From an uncultured Gammaproteobacteria bacterium (GTDB lineage Bacteria; Pseudomonadota; Gammaproteobacteria; JAURND01), in the NCBI GenBank assembly GCA_963714975.1, contig CAVQQD010000003.1:1-64000 (forward strand): a stretch of DNA of 64,000 nt, read 5' to 3'. Shown here one piece after another: positions 32,027-42,422 of the stretch (the stretch's first letter is position 1; each line of letters opens with the position of its first letter). Below the pieces are notes generated by a model. It worked only from the letters and a program-made list of their open reading frames with translations. It did no database searches and had not been told where the DNA came from. The translations under genes were made by a program, and so were the position numbers.

Positions 32027-33472
32027 ATGAAAAAAAAGCCAGTAAGAAAGCTGCTTGATGCTGAGATGAATCCTCAAGCGATAGCGGCGGGTCTGTTGGT
32101 TCAAGTGCTGGTTCAAAAGCGCTCTTTGAGCCAGGTCCTGGACCAACTTCCCAAAGTGCAACCAAGTCTTAGTCTTATTAAAATGCTATGTTTTGGGGTG
32201 CTGCGTTGGTATTTGCGCTTGGAAAAAATCAGTCAAGAGTTGCTTGCTACGCCATTAAAAAGTAAAAATGCTGATCTTCACTTGCTGTTGCTGGTGGGTT
32301 TGTTCCAGCTGCTCTATCTTAATATGCCAAAGTCCATGGCTGTCACCCAAACTGTTGAAGCTGCTCGTTTCCTTGGCAAATCCTGGGCCACGCGTTTACT
32401 TAATGGCAGCTTGCGGCATTTTCTGCGCCAAGAGGCGGTGCTCACTGCACAAACAGACCATTCTCCCGACGCTTATTTCTCTCATCCTGATTGGCTGATC
32501 AATAAGATCCAGCAGGCTTATCCTGAGCGATGGGAGAGTATTCTAGCAGCGAACAATCAACAGCCGCCATTACATTTGCGGGTGAATCAACGAAAAGTAG
32601 CAATTTCCGCTGAGGCCCTGATCTCCGACGGGTCCTGCCGCGCGGGCAACCCGCCGTGCTCGCACGCTGCGCGCGGCGGTGTTGCCCCACGCGTCACCCG
32701 TCGGCCAGAGGACTACAGAGCGGGAATTGCTGATCTCGCTCCGGCGACAATGCTACCCCATTGCTCATTCGGCCTCTGGCTTAAAACACCCTGCGAGGTA
32801 GCCTTAATACCCGGTTTTGCCGAGGGTCTTTGTTCAGTACAGGATGGCGCGGCTCAACTGGCCGCGCCGCTTTTGAATTTAGAACCCAGGCAACGGGTAC
32901 TGGATGCTTGCTCAGCCCCTGGCGGAAAAACGGCGCATATTGCTGAAATTCAGCCCGCTGTGAGCATGGTGGCGATTGATGCGGAAGCGAGTCGTTTGCA
33001 AAAAGCTCAAGACAATTGGCAGCGTTTAGGGCTGGAGAGCTCAATCCAATGGCTGGTGGGGCGGGCGGAAGAGGTTGATTCCTGGTGGGATGGGCAATTA
33101 TTTGAGCGTATTTTGTTGGATGCACCCTGTTCAGCAACTGGAGTGATTCGGCGTCACCCGGATATCAAATGGCTACGTACGAGCGAGGACATCGGGAAAT
33201 TACGGGTACAACAGGAAAAATTGTTAAACGCCTTATGGCCGCTACTGAAAGAGGGAGGGTTGCTGTTATATGCAACTTGCTCCATTCTGCCAGAAGAAAA
33301 TGACCAAGTGATTGAGGCGTTTTTGGCCGCGCATCCCGACGCTAAAATCGCAAAAATTGAGGCTGATTGGGGACAAACCACCGCGTGGGGGCGACAAATT
33401 TTACCCGGAATTGAAGACATGGATGGGTTTTATTATGCACGGCTGATTAAAGATCTTTCGGATAGCTCATGA
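32027..33472 (+). CDS. rsmB: 16S rRNA m5C967 methyltransferase with 44-aa repeat insertion
   Basis: NusB-like N-domain, SVQDGAAQ, VLDACSAPGGKT, LDAPCSATG, YATCS, DGFYYA. Confidence 0.97.
   Translation: MKKKPVRKLLDAEMNPQAIAAGLLVQVLVQKRSLSQVLDQLPKVQPSLSLIKMLCFGVLRWYLRLEKISQELLATPLKSKNADLHLLLLVGLFQLLYLNMPKSMAVTQTVEAARFLGKSWATRLLNGSLRHFLRQEAVLTAQTDHSPDAYFSHPDWLINKIQQAYPERWESILAANNQQPPLHLRVNQRKVAISAEALISDGSCRAGNPPCSHAARGGVAPRVTRRPEDYRAGIADLAPATMLPHCSFGLWLKTPCEVALIPGFAEGLCSVQDGAAQLAAPLLNLEPRQRVLDACSAPGGKTAHIAEIQPAVSMVAIDAEASRLQKAQDNWQRLGLESSIQWLVGRAEEVDSWWDGQLFERILLDAPCSATGVIRRHPDIKWLRTSEDIGKLRVQQEKLLNALWPLLKEGGLLLYATCSILPEENDQVIEAFLAAHPDAKIAKIEADWGQTTAWGRQILPGIEDMDGFYYARLIKDLSDSS
32599..32731. 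mobile_element. 133-bp family A element, copy in rsmB
   Basis: TIR agcaatttccgct/agcgggaattgct; near-identical to 4870-5002. Confidence 0.9.
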
Positions 33473-33999
33473 TCAAGGAGCCATTGTTTACGGTGAATCC
33501 CTCCGCCATACCCGCCTAAATTGCCATTGGCATTGATGACACGATGGCAGGGAATAATAATGGCAAATTGATTAGTACCATTCGCACGAGCGACGGCACG
33601 GCAGGCCGCCGGGTTGCCGACGGCTTTGGCCAGTTCTAGGTAGGAGCAGGTTTGGCCATAAGGAATTTTACATAGCTCATCCCAGACTTGTTGTTGGAAG
33701 GAAGAGCCGAAGATGCGCAATGGAATAGTGAAGGTTTTTAACTTGGCTTGAAAATATAAGGCGAGCTCGTTTTCAATAGCGGTGATGATCCTTCGAGACG
33801 GCCGCTTCGCGGTCTCCTCAGGAGGCACAGGAAGGATAATTGCTTTCGTCCGTTGTTGCAGACGCTTAAATTCACCCGGCAGAGCGCGGCGATCAGTAAA
33901 CTCCAAAAGATAAAGCGCCTCTTCATCCGCGATTGCTGTCATGGGGCCAAGTGGGGTCGCCACCTGGCTGGCAAAAAGTGAGAGTTGAGTATCAGTCAT
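33433..33999 (-). CDS. ogt: Methylated-DNA--protein-cysteine methyltransferase
   Basis: FQQQVW..IPYGQT.SY, RAVARAN, IIPCHRVI. Confidence 0.93.
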   Translation of the reverse strand: MTDTQLSLFASQVATPLGPMTAIADEEALYLLEFTDRRALPGEFKRLQQRTKAIILPVPPEETAKRPSRRIITAIENELALYFQAKLKTFTIPLRIFGSSFQQQVWDELCKIPYGQTCSYLELAKAVGNPAACRAVARANGTNQFAIIIPCHRVINANGNLGGYGGGIHRKQWLLDHELSERSLISRA

Positions 34000-34009
34000 C
34001 GCAATCTCC

Positions 34010-35233
34010 TTAGCATTCGATGGTGCTTAAATAATGATGTAATTCTGTGATAGGTATTACCCATTGTTCTTTGGCAATCTGTAAGCGCTGACCAGCTGAG
34101 GTAACAATAATCCTCTGGGTTTGATTAGGAAAATCCTTTTTTAAAGCCTCGGTATCAGGCAAAACTGGTGTTCTTGGCATCGATAATTTTGCCTCGAATA
34201 AATAGATTTTATGACTCGCCGTTTTCAGAACAAAATCGACTTCTTGACCGTCTTTAGTACGCCAGAAAAAAAGTTGCCAATCCTTTTGATAATTTCTTAT
34301 AAACTTGAAAATTTCCGCAAAGACCAAAGTTTCAAATAAGGGTCCAACTTGTGGACTGGTAAATAATACTAAGGGATCAGACCAACCTTGCAACCTAGCT
34401 GCTAATCCTGTGTCCAAAAAATATAATTTCGGAGTTTTAATCAAACGCTTGTTCAAATTAGTATGATAAGGGCGCAATAAATAAACCAGGTCAGCACGCT
34501 CCAGAAAACCTACCCATTCCTTAATCGTGATTGAACTCATGCCGCTATCACTGGCGATAGCAGAATAATTTGTTAGCAAACCCGTTCTTCCTGCTAATAA
34601 GCCTAGCACTCGAAGAAATTCGGATACTTTCTGGATGCCGGCGCTCATTACAATATCTTTTTCTACATAAGTACGTATATAGTCATTTAAGTAAGAGGTT
34701 ACCGGAATATCAGGGTGAGTATATAACTCCGGCCATCCGCCCTGAAAAAGAATTTGATTTAATTTAGTTTCCGGCAGAGCTTGCAAAATTTCATGCACAG
34801 TTAAGGTATTTAAATAATAAAAGGAAGCTCTGCCGGCTAAACTTTCTTTGATATTTTTATCCATCAAAATTTGATTAGAACCTGTTAGCCGAAATAACAC
34901 CTCAGGCTTAGACAATGCAGTAGATCCCAGTGCCGCTTTACGTTTGTACTGATCAATAATTTTTTTGAGCTCGGAAAATAATGGCGGCACATATTGAATT
35001 TCATCGAGCAAGAGAGGAGGCTGGAATTGATGCATAAACAAAGCAGGATCACGGGTGGCAAACTCGCGCAGTTGCAGATCGTCAAAATTAATTTCATGAA
35101 ATGGCCTGACTTCTGTATCCGTAAGGAGAGAAGCAAACAAAGTGCTTTTGCCACATTGTCGAGGCCCAAGCAGCATCTGAATCCAGGCCGAAGGTTGGGT
35201 CAACTGATGAGTGAGGTCACGAGGAATAAACAT
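34010..35233 (-). CDS. AAA+ ATPase-wHTH-DUF4143 protein
   Basis: GPRQCGKST, LDEIQ, LTGS, ESLAGR, GGWPE, KTPKLYFLDTG, FWRTKDGQEVDF..FEAK. Confidence 0.92.
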   Translation of the reverse strand: MFIPRDLTHQLTQPSAWIQMLLGPRQCGKSTLFASLLTDTEVRPFHEINFDDLQLREFATRDPALFMHQFQPPLLLDEIQYVPPLFSELKKIIDQYKRKAALGSTALSKPEVLFRLTGSNQILMDKNIKESLAGRASFYYLNTLTVHEILQALPETKLNQILFQGGWPELYTHPDIPVTSYLNDYIRTYVEKDIVMSAGIQKVSEFLRVLGLLAGRTGLLTNYSAIASDSGMSSITIKEWVGFLERADLVYLLRPYHTNLNKRLIKTPKLYFLDTGLAARLQGWSDPLVLFTSPQVGPLFETLVFAEIFKFIRNYQKDWQLFFWRTKDGQEVDFVLKTASHKIYLFEAKLSMPRTPVLPDTEALKKDFPNQTQRIIVTSAGQRLQIAKEQWVIPITELHHYLSTIEC

Positions 35234-35335
35234 CCGGCTAGTTTAAACCGTCACCTTAAAACAGTCAACGCTGACACTGACATGTTGACACTGCAGCAAT
35301 ATTCAAGAAACCAGACAAATCTATCAGAGCCCAGT

Positions 35336-35396
35336 GCCAAGTGGTGTCGGTGTCGTCCACTTGGCTGGCAAAAAATGAGGGTTGACTATCAGCCAT
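35336..35396 (-). pseudogene. Diverged duplicate of the ogt 5' end
   Basis: Aligns to 33946-33999; MADSQPSFFASQV versus MTDTQLSLFASQV. Confidence 0.8.
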
Positions 35397-35414
35397 ATTT
35401 TTTAATAATTAGTC

Positions 35415-35684
35415 TTATCTCAAGTCAAATTGAGATATGTCTGTCGCAGAGCTGAAATCTAATCCATCAGAATTCTCAGTTCTTGAATAGCGATCAGCTA
35501 CATAATTTTGCAAATCACGGTGATCATCGGCTAAGCTAAAGAACGCCATTTTACTCTTAGCATTATGATAGGTGAAGAGTTCTGGATCTTTAAGATCAAT
35601 CTCTGTGCTAGCTACTTCCGTACTGGATACTTTCGTGCTATTGCTGCTTAAAAAACCAGTAACTTTATTAAATGATGTGCTCAT
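35415..35684 (-). CDS. Small Ser-rich orphan protein, candidate PmrA-regulated effector
   Basis: gaggg RBS then ATG at 35684 (MSTSFNKV, 89 aa); PmrA-type box upstream. Confidence 0.55.
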   Translation of the reverse strand: MSTSFNKVTGFLSSNSTKVSSTEVASTEIDLKDPELFTYHNAKSKMAFFSLADDHRDLQNYVADRYSRTENSDGLDFSSATDISQFDLR

Positions 35685-35765
35685 ATCGATACCCTCATAT
35701 TTTTCTAACATTAACTTAACAATATTTATAATAGTTATTATTGGAGATATATTAACCAAAAATTC

Positions 35766-35781
35766 TTAAGAAAATATTAAG
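35766..35781 (-). promoter_or_regulatory. PmrA-type box
   Basis: Minus strand cttaatattttcttaa is an exact match to cTTAA-N2-TT-N2-cTTAA. Confidence 0.65.
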
Positions 35782-35911
35782 AAGAAAAAAATTGTTGCGT
35801 TGCATACTCTGTAGGGGACATATGCCAAGGCTAAAAAAGTTTGTGTTTGTAATGACAACGTCATTTGTGCTTGCTATACTTTTATTAGGTATCCTAGGAG
35901 ATCAAATAGTT

Positions 35912-36705
<794 letters not shown>

Positions 36706-36830
36706 GTAAAACTATTCACCACATTGCCAAAGTTGGCAAAAACAGGCAGCAATGGTACGAAAATTTAGCTTTGCGGGCCGATACTTTTATGCGAAGCTAT
36801 GGTCCTTCCAATTATCAGGAATCAATCATT

Positions 36831-37946
36831 ATGCGGATTGCGATCCCTAAAGAAATTATTGAGGATGAACAACGGGTTGCAATGGTTCCGGCGCTGGTCA
36901 AAGAATTAACTCAGTTGGGCGCGCGGGTGCTATGCCAAGCAGGGGCTGGGGTTAATGCTAATTATCCCGATAACAACTATCTTGACGTTGAATTCTTTGA
37001 TGAAGCGCACTCATTATATCAAGCGGCAGACATCATCCTAAAAGTTCAGCCGCCTACTCCGAAGGAAATTTCCTTATTTCAACCGGGCAGTATTCTCATT
37101 AGCTTTTTATATCCTACTCGTTATCCTGAATGTGTCACTTCTCTGCAAAATCAGGGAGTTACCAGTTTTGCGATGGATCTACTGCCGCGCATTACCCGTG
37201 CCCAAGCGATGGACGCCTTGTCTTCGCAAGCCAATATTAGTGGCTACAAGGCTTGTTTGTTGGCGGCGAACATGAGCAAACGCTTTTTCCCCATGCTTAC
37301 TACCGCGGCTGGGACCATTCGGCCGGTGCAGGTTCTGGTTCTTGGGGCTGGAGTGGCAGGATTGCAAGCCATTGCTACGGCGCGGCGTTTAGGGGCGGTG
37401 GTTTGGGCCTATGATGTTCGCAGCAGTGCTAGGGAACAGGTGGAATCTTTAGGTGCCAAGATGATTGATACAGGCATCCAAGCCGAAGGTAGTGGGGGTT
37501 ATGCCCGAGAATTAACCGCTGAAGAACAACAACGCCAACAAACTGCCCTAGCCAAGGCGATTGCGGCGGCAGAAATAGTTATTACCACCGCATTAATTCC
37601 TGGCAGACCCGCTCCCAAGATTATTACTCGCGCTATGGTGGAATCCATGGCGCCCGGCAGTCTGATTATTGATATTGCAGCGGAAGCGGGTGGCAATTGT
37701 GAATTAACCCGGCCAGGGCAGGAGATTTTGCATCATGAGGTTACTATTTTTGGACCGTTGAATCTTCCCAGCCTGCTGGCGCGTGATGCGAGTACCCTCT
37801 ATGCCAGAAATATCCTAAATTTCTTGAAGTTAATCGTTCAGGAAGGGCAGTTAGAGATTGATTGGTACGATGAAATCATTGCCCAGAGTGTGGTGACCAA
37901 GGCGCCTTTGCCAGTGCACAAACCCAGGTTGGCCAGAATAGATTAG
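36831..37946 (+). CDS. pntA: NAD(P) transhydrogenase alpha-1
   Basis: PRITRAQAMDALSSQ, GAGVAGLQAI, GGNCE. Confidence 0.96.
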   Translation: MRIAIPKEIIEDEQRVAMVPALVKELTQLGARVLCQAGAGVNANYPDNNYLDVEFFDEAHSLYQAADIILKVQPPTPKEISLFQPGSILISFLYPTRYPECVTSLQNQGVTSFAMDLLPRITRAQAMDALSSQANISGYKACLLAANMSKRFFPMLTTAAGTIRPVQVLVLGAGVAGLQAIATARRLGAVVWAYDVRSSAREQVESLGAKMIDTGIQAEGSGGYARELTAEEQQRQQTALAKAIAAAEIVITTALIPGRPAPKIITRAMVESMAPGSLIIDIAAEAGGNCELTRPGQEILHHEVTIFGPLNLPSLLARDASTLYARNILNFLKLIVQEGQLEIDWYDEIIAQSVVTKAPLPVHKPRLARID

Positions 37947-37955
37947 GAGATTTCC

Positions 37956-38258
37956 ATGATCAGTAATGAGTTAATTAGTTTGCTTTATATTTTCATCCTG
38001 GCGGCTTTTACCGGCTATGAAGTGATTCGGCGGGTGCCGGTTATTTTGCATACGCCGCTAATGTCTGGTACTAATTTTATTCACGGGATTATCTTAATTG
38101 GCGCGATTATCGCGCTGGGTAAGGCGAGCAACACCCTTGAGCAAGTGATTGGCGTTGTTGCCGTGCTAATTGCCACCATCAACGCGGTGGGTGGTTATGT
38201 CGTCACGGAACGTATGCTGGGAATGTTCAAAACAGTCAGGGATTCCAAGGGTAAATAA
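37956..38258 (+). CDS. NAD(P) transhydrogenase alpha-2
   Basis: LHTPLMSGTN, GGYVVTERMLGMF. Confidence 0.95.
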   Translation: MISNELISLLYIFILAAFTGYEVIRRVPVILHTPLMSGTNFIHGIILIGAIIALGKASNTLEQVIGVVAVLIATINAVGGYVVTERMLGMFKTVRDSKGK

Positions 38259-38262
38259 CACT

Positions 38263-39633
38263 ATGATGTCATTAATCTATCTGGTAACTGCCATCCTATT
38301 AATTTTAGGCTTAGGCAAAATGTCCTCCCCAAAATCAGCCCGCCACGGCATCATTATTGCTGGCTGGGGCATGTTAATTGCCGTATTTGCCAGCATTTAC
38401 CAAGTGGCTTCTGAAGATTTACGGCAAAACCTGATATTAATGGCGGGCGCCATAAGTTTGGGTACCTTATTGGCCTGGTACTCCGGAAAAAAAGTGACGA
38501 TGACCCATATGCCGCAAATGATCGCCCTGTACAATGGCATGGGGGGTGGGGCGGCTGGGGCAATTGCGGCCTTAGAATTACTCAACTACCAGCAAGTATC
38601 GGGGTTGATGCAGGGTTTAGCCCTGTTAGGCGCTTTAATTGGTACGGTCTCATTTAGCGGCAGCTTAGTTGCCTTTGTAAAGTTACAAGAACTGTGGAAA
38701 CGCCCCGTGATTTTACCGGCCCATTCCTTGTGGAATATTCTGATGCTGCTAGCCTGCGTTGCGCTGGGAGTTTTTGTGTGGCTTTATCCAGGCTATGCCT
38801 GGGGATTGCCAGCGTTTTTTATTGCCTTATTTGTGTTTGGACTGCTGTTTACTGCCCCCATTGGTGGCGCCAATATGCCCGTGGTGATTTCGTTATTTAA
38901 CGCTATGACTGGCTTAGCCGTCGGTATTAATGGCTTTGTGTTAAATAATCCAGCCTTGATTATTGCCGGTACTGTCGTCGGTGCTTCCGGTACCTTATTA
39001 ACTCAGCTGATGGCGAAGGCAATGAATAAGACGCTGTATTCCATTGTCTTTGCTCCACCCCGCAAGCAATCAGTTCAAGCGCCGGGTACCGAGAGTGTCG
39101 GGGAATTAAAAGCTATGGAGGTAAGTGATGCGGCAGTGATGATGGCTTTTGCCAATAAAGTTATTATTGCCCCAGGCTATGGTATGGCAGTTGCCCAAGC
39201 CCAACATAAAATTTGGGAATTAGTCCAGCAGCTGCAACAGCGCGGAGTGACGGTGAAATTTGCTATTCATCCCGTCGCGGGGCGTATGCCGGGACATATG
39301 AATGTGTTGCTTGCTGAAGCCGGTGTCCCCTATGACAAAATATTTGACCTGGATGAAATTAATCCAGAATTTTCCAACACCGACGTAACCCTAGTGATTG
39401 GCGCCAATGATGTCGTAAACCCTTCGGCCAAAAGTGAACCAGGTAGTCCCATTTACGGTATGCCGGTATTAGACGTTGAAGCTTCGCGCAATACTTTGGT
39501 CGTAAAGCGTGGCCAAGGTAAAGGCTTTTCCGGCATCGAAAATGGGTTATTTACCCAAGATAATGTTCATATGCTATTTGGCGATGGCCAGGAAGTTATC
39601 AATAGGCTGGTGCAGGCGATAAAGGCAGTCTAG
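38263..39633 (+). CDS. pntB: NAD(P) transhydrogenase beta
   Basis: PGYGMAVAQAQ, HPVAGRMPGHMNVLLAEA, GANDVVNP. Confidence 0.97.
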   Translation: MMSLIYLVTAILLILGLGKMSSPKSARHGIIIAGWGMLIAVFASIYQVASEDLRQNLILMAGAISLGTLLAWYSGKKVTMTHMPQMIALYNGMGGGAAGAIAALELLNYQQVSGLMQGLALLGALIGTVSFSGSLVAFVKLQELWKRPVILPAHSLWNILMLLACVALGVFVWLYPGYAWGLPAFFIALFVFGLLFTAPIGGANMPVVISLFNAMTGLAVGINGFVLNNPALIIAGTVVGASGTLLTQLMAKAMNKTLYSIVFAPPRKQSVQAPGTESVGELKAMEVSDAAVMMAFANKVIIAPGYGMAVAQAQHKIWELVQQLQQRGVTVKFAIHPVAGRMPGHMNVLLAEAGVPYDKIFDLDEINPEFSNTDVTLVIGANDVVNPSAKSEPGSPIYGMPVLDVEASRNTLVVKRGQGKGFSGIENGLFTQDNVHMLFGDGQEVINRLVQAIKAV

Positions 39634-40529
39634 ACATAAGTCAAATAATGTTCATATCCAGGCTTCTGCCCCCGCACTATTCCGGCATAAGCAGCTTTGA
39701 TTGCGCTGGTTACCGAACCAATTCCGCCATTACTGATGACATGATCGTCAATGGAGCGAATCGGGGTAACTTCGGCGGCGGTGCCGGTAAAAAAGGCTTC
39801 TTCTGCTTGATAGGCTTGCTGCAAGCTCAAATCTGTTTCCACTACCTGATAACCTAATTCTCGCGCTATTTGCATGACGATGCTGCGGGTGATTCCTGGC
39901 AAGATGGTTCCTAATTTTGGGGTGTAGAGCGTTCCTTGAGCAAAAATGAAAAAATTCTCCCCTGCGCCTTCTGAAATATAGCCCTGACTATCCAAGAATA
40001 ACGCTTCATGATAATGGGTTCCGCTCAATTCCAAAGATGCCAAAATGCCATTGAGATAATGGCCGGCTAATTTAGCAGCTACCACTGTGGAATCCGGGTG
40101 GATACGGATATAGCGGCTAGTCTTAATATCCACAGCATCATGCGGTAAGTACGCTCCCCATGGCCAACAGGCAATGGCAAAATCGACTGGAGCTCCTACT
40201 GGGTTCACCCCCATCTTGCCATAACTATAAAATGCAATGGGTCGGATATAGCCTTCAGACAGCTGATTGGCACGCAATAATTCGACACAGGCAGCCATAA
40301 TTTGCTCTTTGCTGTAAGTCAAAGGCAATTTAAGCACCTCGGCAGAAAATAAAAACCGCTCGATATGTTCTGCTAAAGCAAACACCGCAGGCCCCTGCGG
40401 TGTTTCATAACAGCGAATCCCTTCAAAAGCAGCGCCGCCATAATGTAAGGCATGAGTCAAAACATGAATTTTGGCTTGGTCCCAAGGGACGAGAGTTCCA
40501 TTGAACCAGATAAAATTTGTCACCTGCAT
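39630..40529 (-). CDS. ilvE: Branched-chain amino acid aminotransferase
   Basis: THALHYG, FEGIRCY, SEGAGEN, LPGITR, FTGTAAEVTP. Confidence 0.97.
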   Translation of the reverse strand: MQVTNFIWFNGTLVPWDQAKIHVLTHALHYGGAAFEGIRCYETPQGPAVFALAEHIERFLFSAEVLKLPLTYSKEQIMAACVELLRANQLSEGYIRPIAFYSYGKMGVNPVGAPVDFAIACWPWGAYLPHDAVDIKTSRYIRIHPDSTVVAAKLAGHYLNGILASLELSGTHYHEALFLDSQGYISEGAGENFFIFAQGTLYTPKLGTILPGITRSIVMQIARELGYQVVETDLSLQQAYQAEEAFFTGTAAEVTPIRSIDDHVISNGGIGSVTSAIKAAYAGIVRGQKPGYEHYLTYV

Positions 40530-40796
40530 GGCGGTTCCTAAGTGTGTAGAGAAGCTGAGTATAGCTAACTATTTGGGAGAAATTCAAGATTTGGTGTTCC
40601 CTAGTCAGGGCAGCCATAGTCAGCAATAGATCCTCTTAGTCATCTGCCGTGCGCGCGATTGCATGGAACTTCAATGCGAAATACACTAGTTTTTCATTCT
40701 TTTTGTATGAAAATTGAACCCATCAGGCTATAATCTTGCGGTTGAGAAGTACGAAACAGTAACTTCCCTGAAAGATAAAAATTAGGAGCTAGAAAT

Positions 40797-41651
40797 ATGA
40801 GCAAAACCCCCAATGAAAAAGCTAAATTTTTGCCCGCTGGGGCCGCAGATGCCGCAGGACATATGGCAGCCTTTACCTTCTTTCCCTGGCTAATGTTAGG
40901 CCACAAGTCTTTTGCCGAAAGTCTGAAAATGACTAATCTAGTCCACAGCATTGGGCTACAATCAGCCATATTAGGCGTATATGGGTTTCTTTGCTTGTAT
41001 GTGTTACCCAAACTATTGCGCCGGTTTGAAAAAACGGCCCCTGAAAAGCATAGCTTGTCAGATACAGCTCCTAAGTTTCTCCCTGCACATACTGCGGAAG
41101 CTTTAATCCCTATGATTGCCTTTGCTGGCTTCCCTTGGATCATGCACAGTGGAGAGTTACTCGCAAAAGATATTTTTCAGGTTAAGGACGCCAATGGCAT
41201 TTTGGGATCACAAATGCTGCTCAACTGTATTTTTGCCTGCGTCGCTATGTATTTCTTAGCTGAAGTAATTAAACGTTATGAAAAACCTGCAAAAGGCGAG
41301 AATGCTCCTGGTGCTGCTGGCAAACAGAAAAAGTCAGAAACTGCTGCCTGGATGACGCCCACGCTAGCATTTGCCGGATTCCCCTGGTTAATCTGGGGAG
41401 TAGATACCTTAGCCGACAAGTTTGATATCACTCAGCTAAAAGATCATCTTGGGCTACAGTCAGGGTTCAATGGCGTCTATGCGTTTGTGTTTATGTTCCT
41501 GCTAGGGGTGGGGATTAACTGGTTGGCTAGTCCGAAACCGCAGCAAGCGGGGTATAGTGAGGTGAACCCTACTGATAACCCTGCCGGTGATGAGTTGGAA
41601 GAAGCTGAGGGGGAGGGCCACAGCGACACCGAGAGGATCACTAAGAAGTGA
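40797..41651 (+). CDS. Three-repeat membrane protein, candidate effector
   Basis: Three copies of an AF(A/T)(G/F)FPW...G(L/S)Q hairpin; acidic C-terminal block. Confidence 0.7.
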   Translation: MSKTPNEKAKFLPAGAADAAGHMAAFTFFPWLMLGHKSFAESLKMTNLVHSIGLQSAILGVYGFLCLYVLPKLLRRFEKTAPEKHSLSDTAPKFLPAHTAEALIPMIAFAGFPWIMHSGELLAKDIFQVKDANGILGSQMLLNCIFACVAMYFLAEVIKRYEKPAKGENAPGAAGKQKKSETAAWMTPTLAFAGFPWLIWGVDTLADKFDITQLKDHLGLQSGFNGVYAFVFMFLLGVGINWLASPKPQQAGYSEVNPTDNPAGDELEEAEGEGHSDTERITKK

Positions 41652-41666
41652 TAAGGGCGTTTGACC

Positions 41667-42422
41667 CTACTTAGTTAATTTCGCCTGCAGTGCTGAAATA
41701 AAATCAATCGGCACGGGAAATACCACCGTCGAAGTTTTATCACCCGCTAAATCTAATAAGGTTTGCAAATAGCGCAGTTGAATGGCTTGCGGTTGCTGGG
41801 CTAACACCCGCGCGGCTTCTAGGAGTTTATTGGCTGCTTGATATTCCCCTTCGGCATTAATCACTTTGGCGCGGCGTTCACGCTCAGCTTCTGCTTGGCG
41901 GGCAATGGCGCGAATCATACTTTCATCAATGTCGACATGCTTTATTTCCACAACGTTGACTTTAATCCCCCAGGCATCAGTTTGCTCATCCAATATTTGC
42001 TGCACGGCGGCATTGAGCTTTTCACGTTGCGATAGCATATCATCCAGCTCATGTTGGCCCAGCACGGAACGCAGGGTAGTTTGAGCCAATTGGCTAGTGG
42101 CTTCGTAATAATTCTCAATTTGGATTACTGCCCGTTCGGGATCAATCACCCGAAAATACACCACCGCGCTGACCTGCACGGAAACGTTATCCCGTGAAAT
42201 CACATCTTGTGGTGGCACTTCCATCACTACCGTGCGTAATTGTAAGCGCACCATTTGTTGCACCCCGGGAATTAAAATAATAAGTCCTGGCCCCTTCACT
42301 TTCCAAAAGCGCCCTAACGTAAAAATCACCCCACGCTCATATTCTTTCAGAATGCGAATGGCGCTAAACAAAAATAGCACTACCAAGGCCACAATAAAAT
42401 AGAGTGCAAAGCCTGTGATCAT
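41667..42422 (-). CDS. SPFH/stomatin (slipin) protein
   Basis: [39 protein letters not shown]. Confidence 0.96.
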   Translation of the reverse strand: MITGFALYFIVALVVLFLFSAIRILKEYERGVIFTLGRFWKVKGPGLIILIPGVQQMVRLQLRTVVMEVPPQDVISRDNVSVQVSAVVYFRVIDPERAVIQIENYYEATSQLAQTTLRSVLGQHELDDMLSQREKLNAAVQQILDEQTDAWGIKVNVVEIKHVDIDESMIRAIARQAEAERERRAKVINAEGEYQAANKLLEAARVLAQQPQAIQLRYLQTLLDLAGDKTSTVVFPVPIDFISALQAKLTK

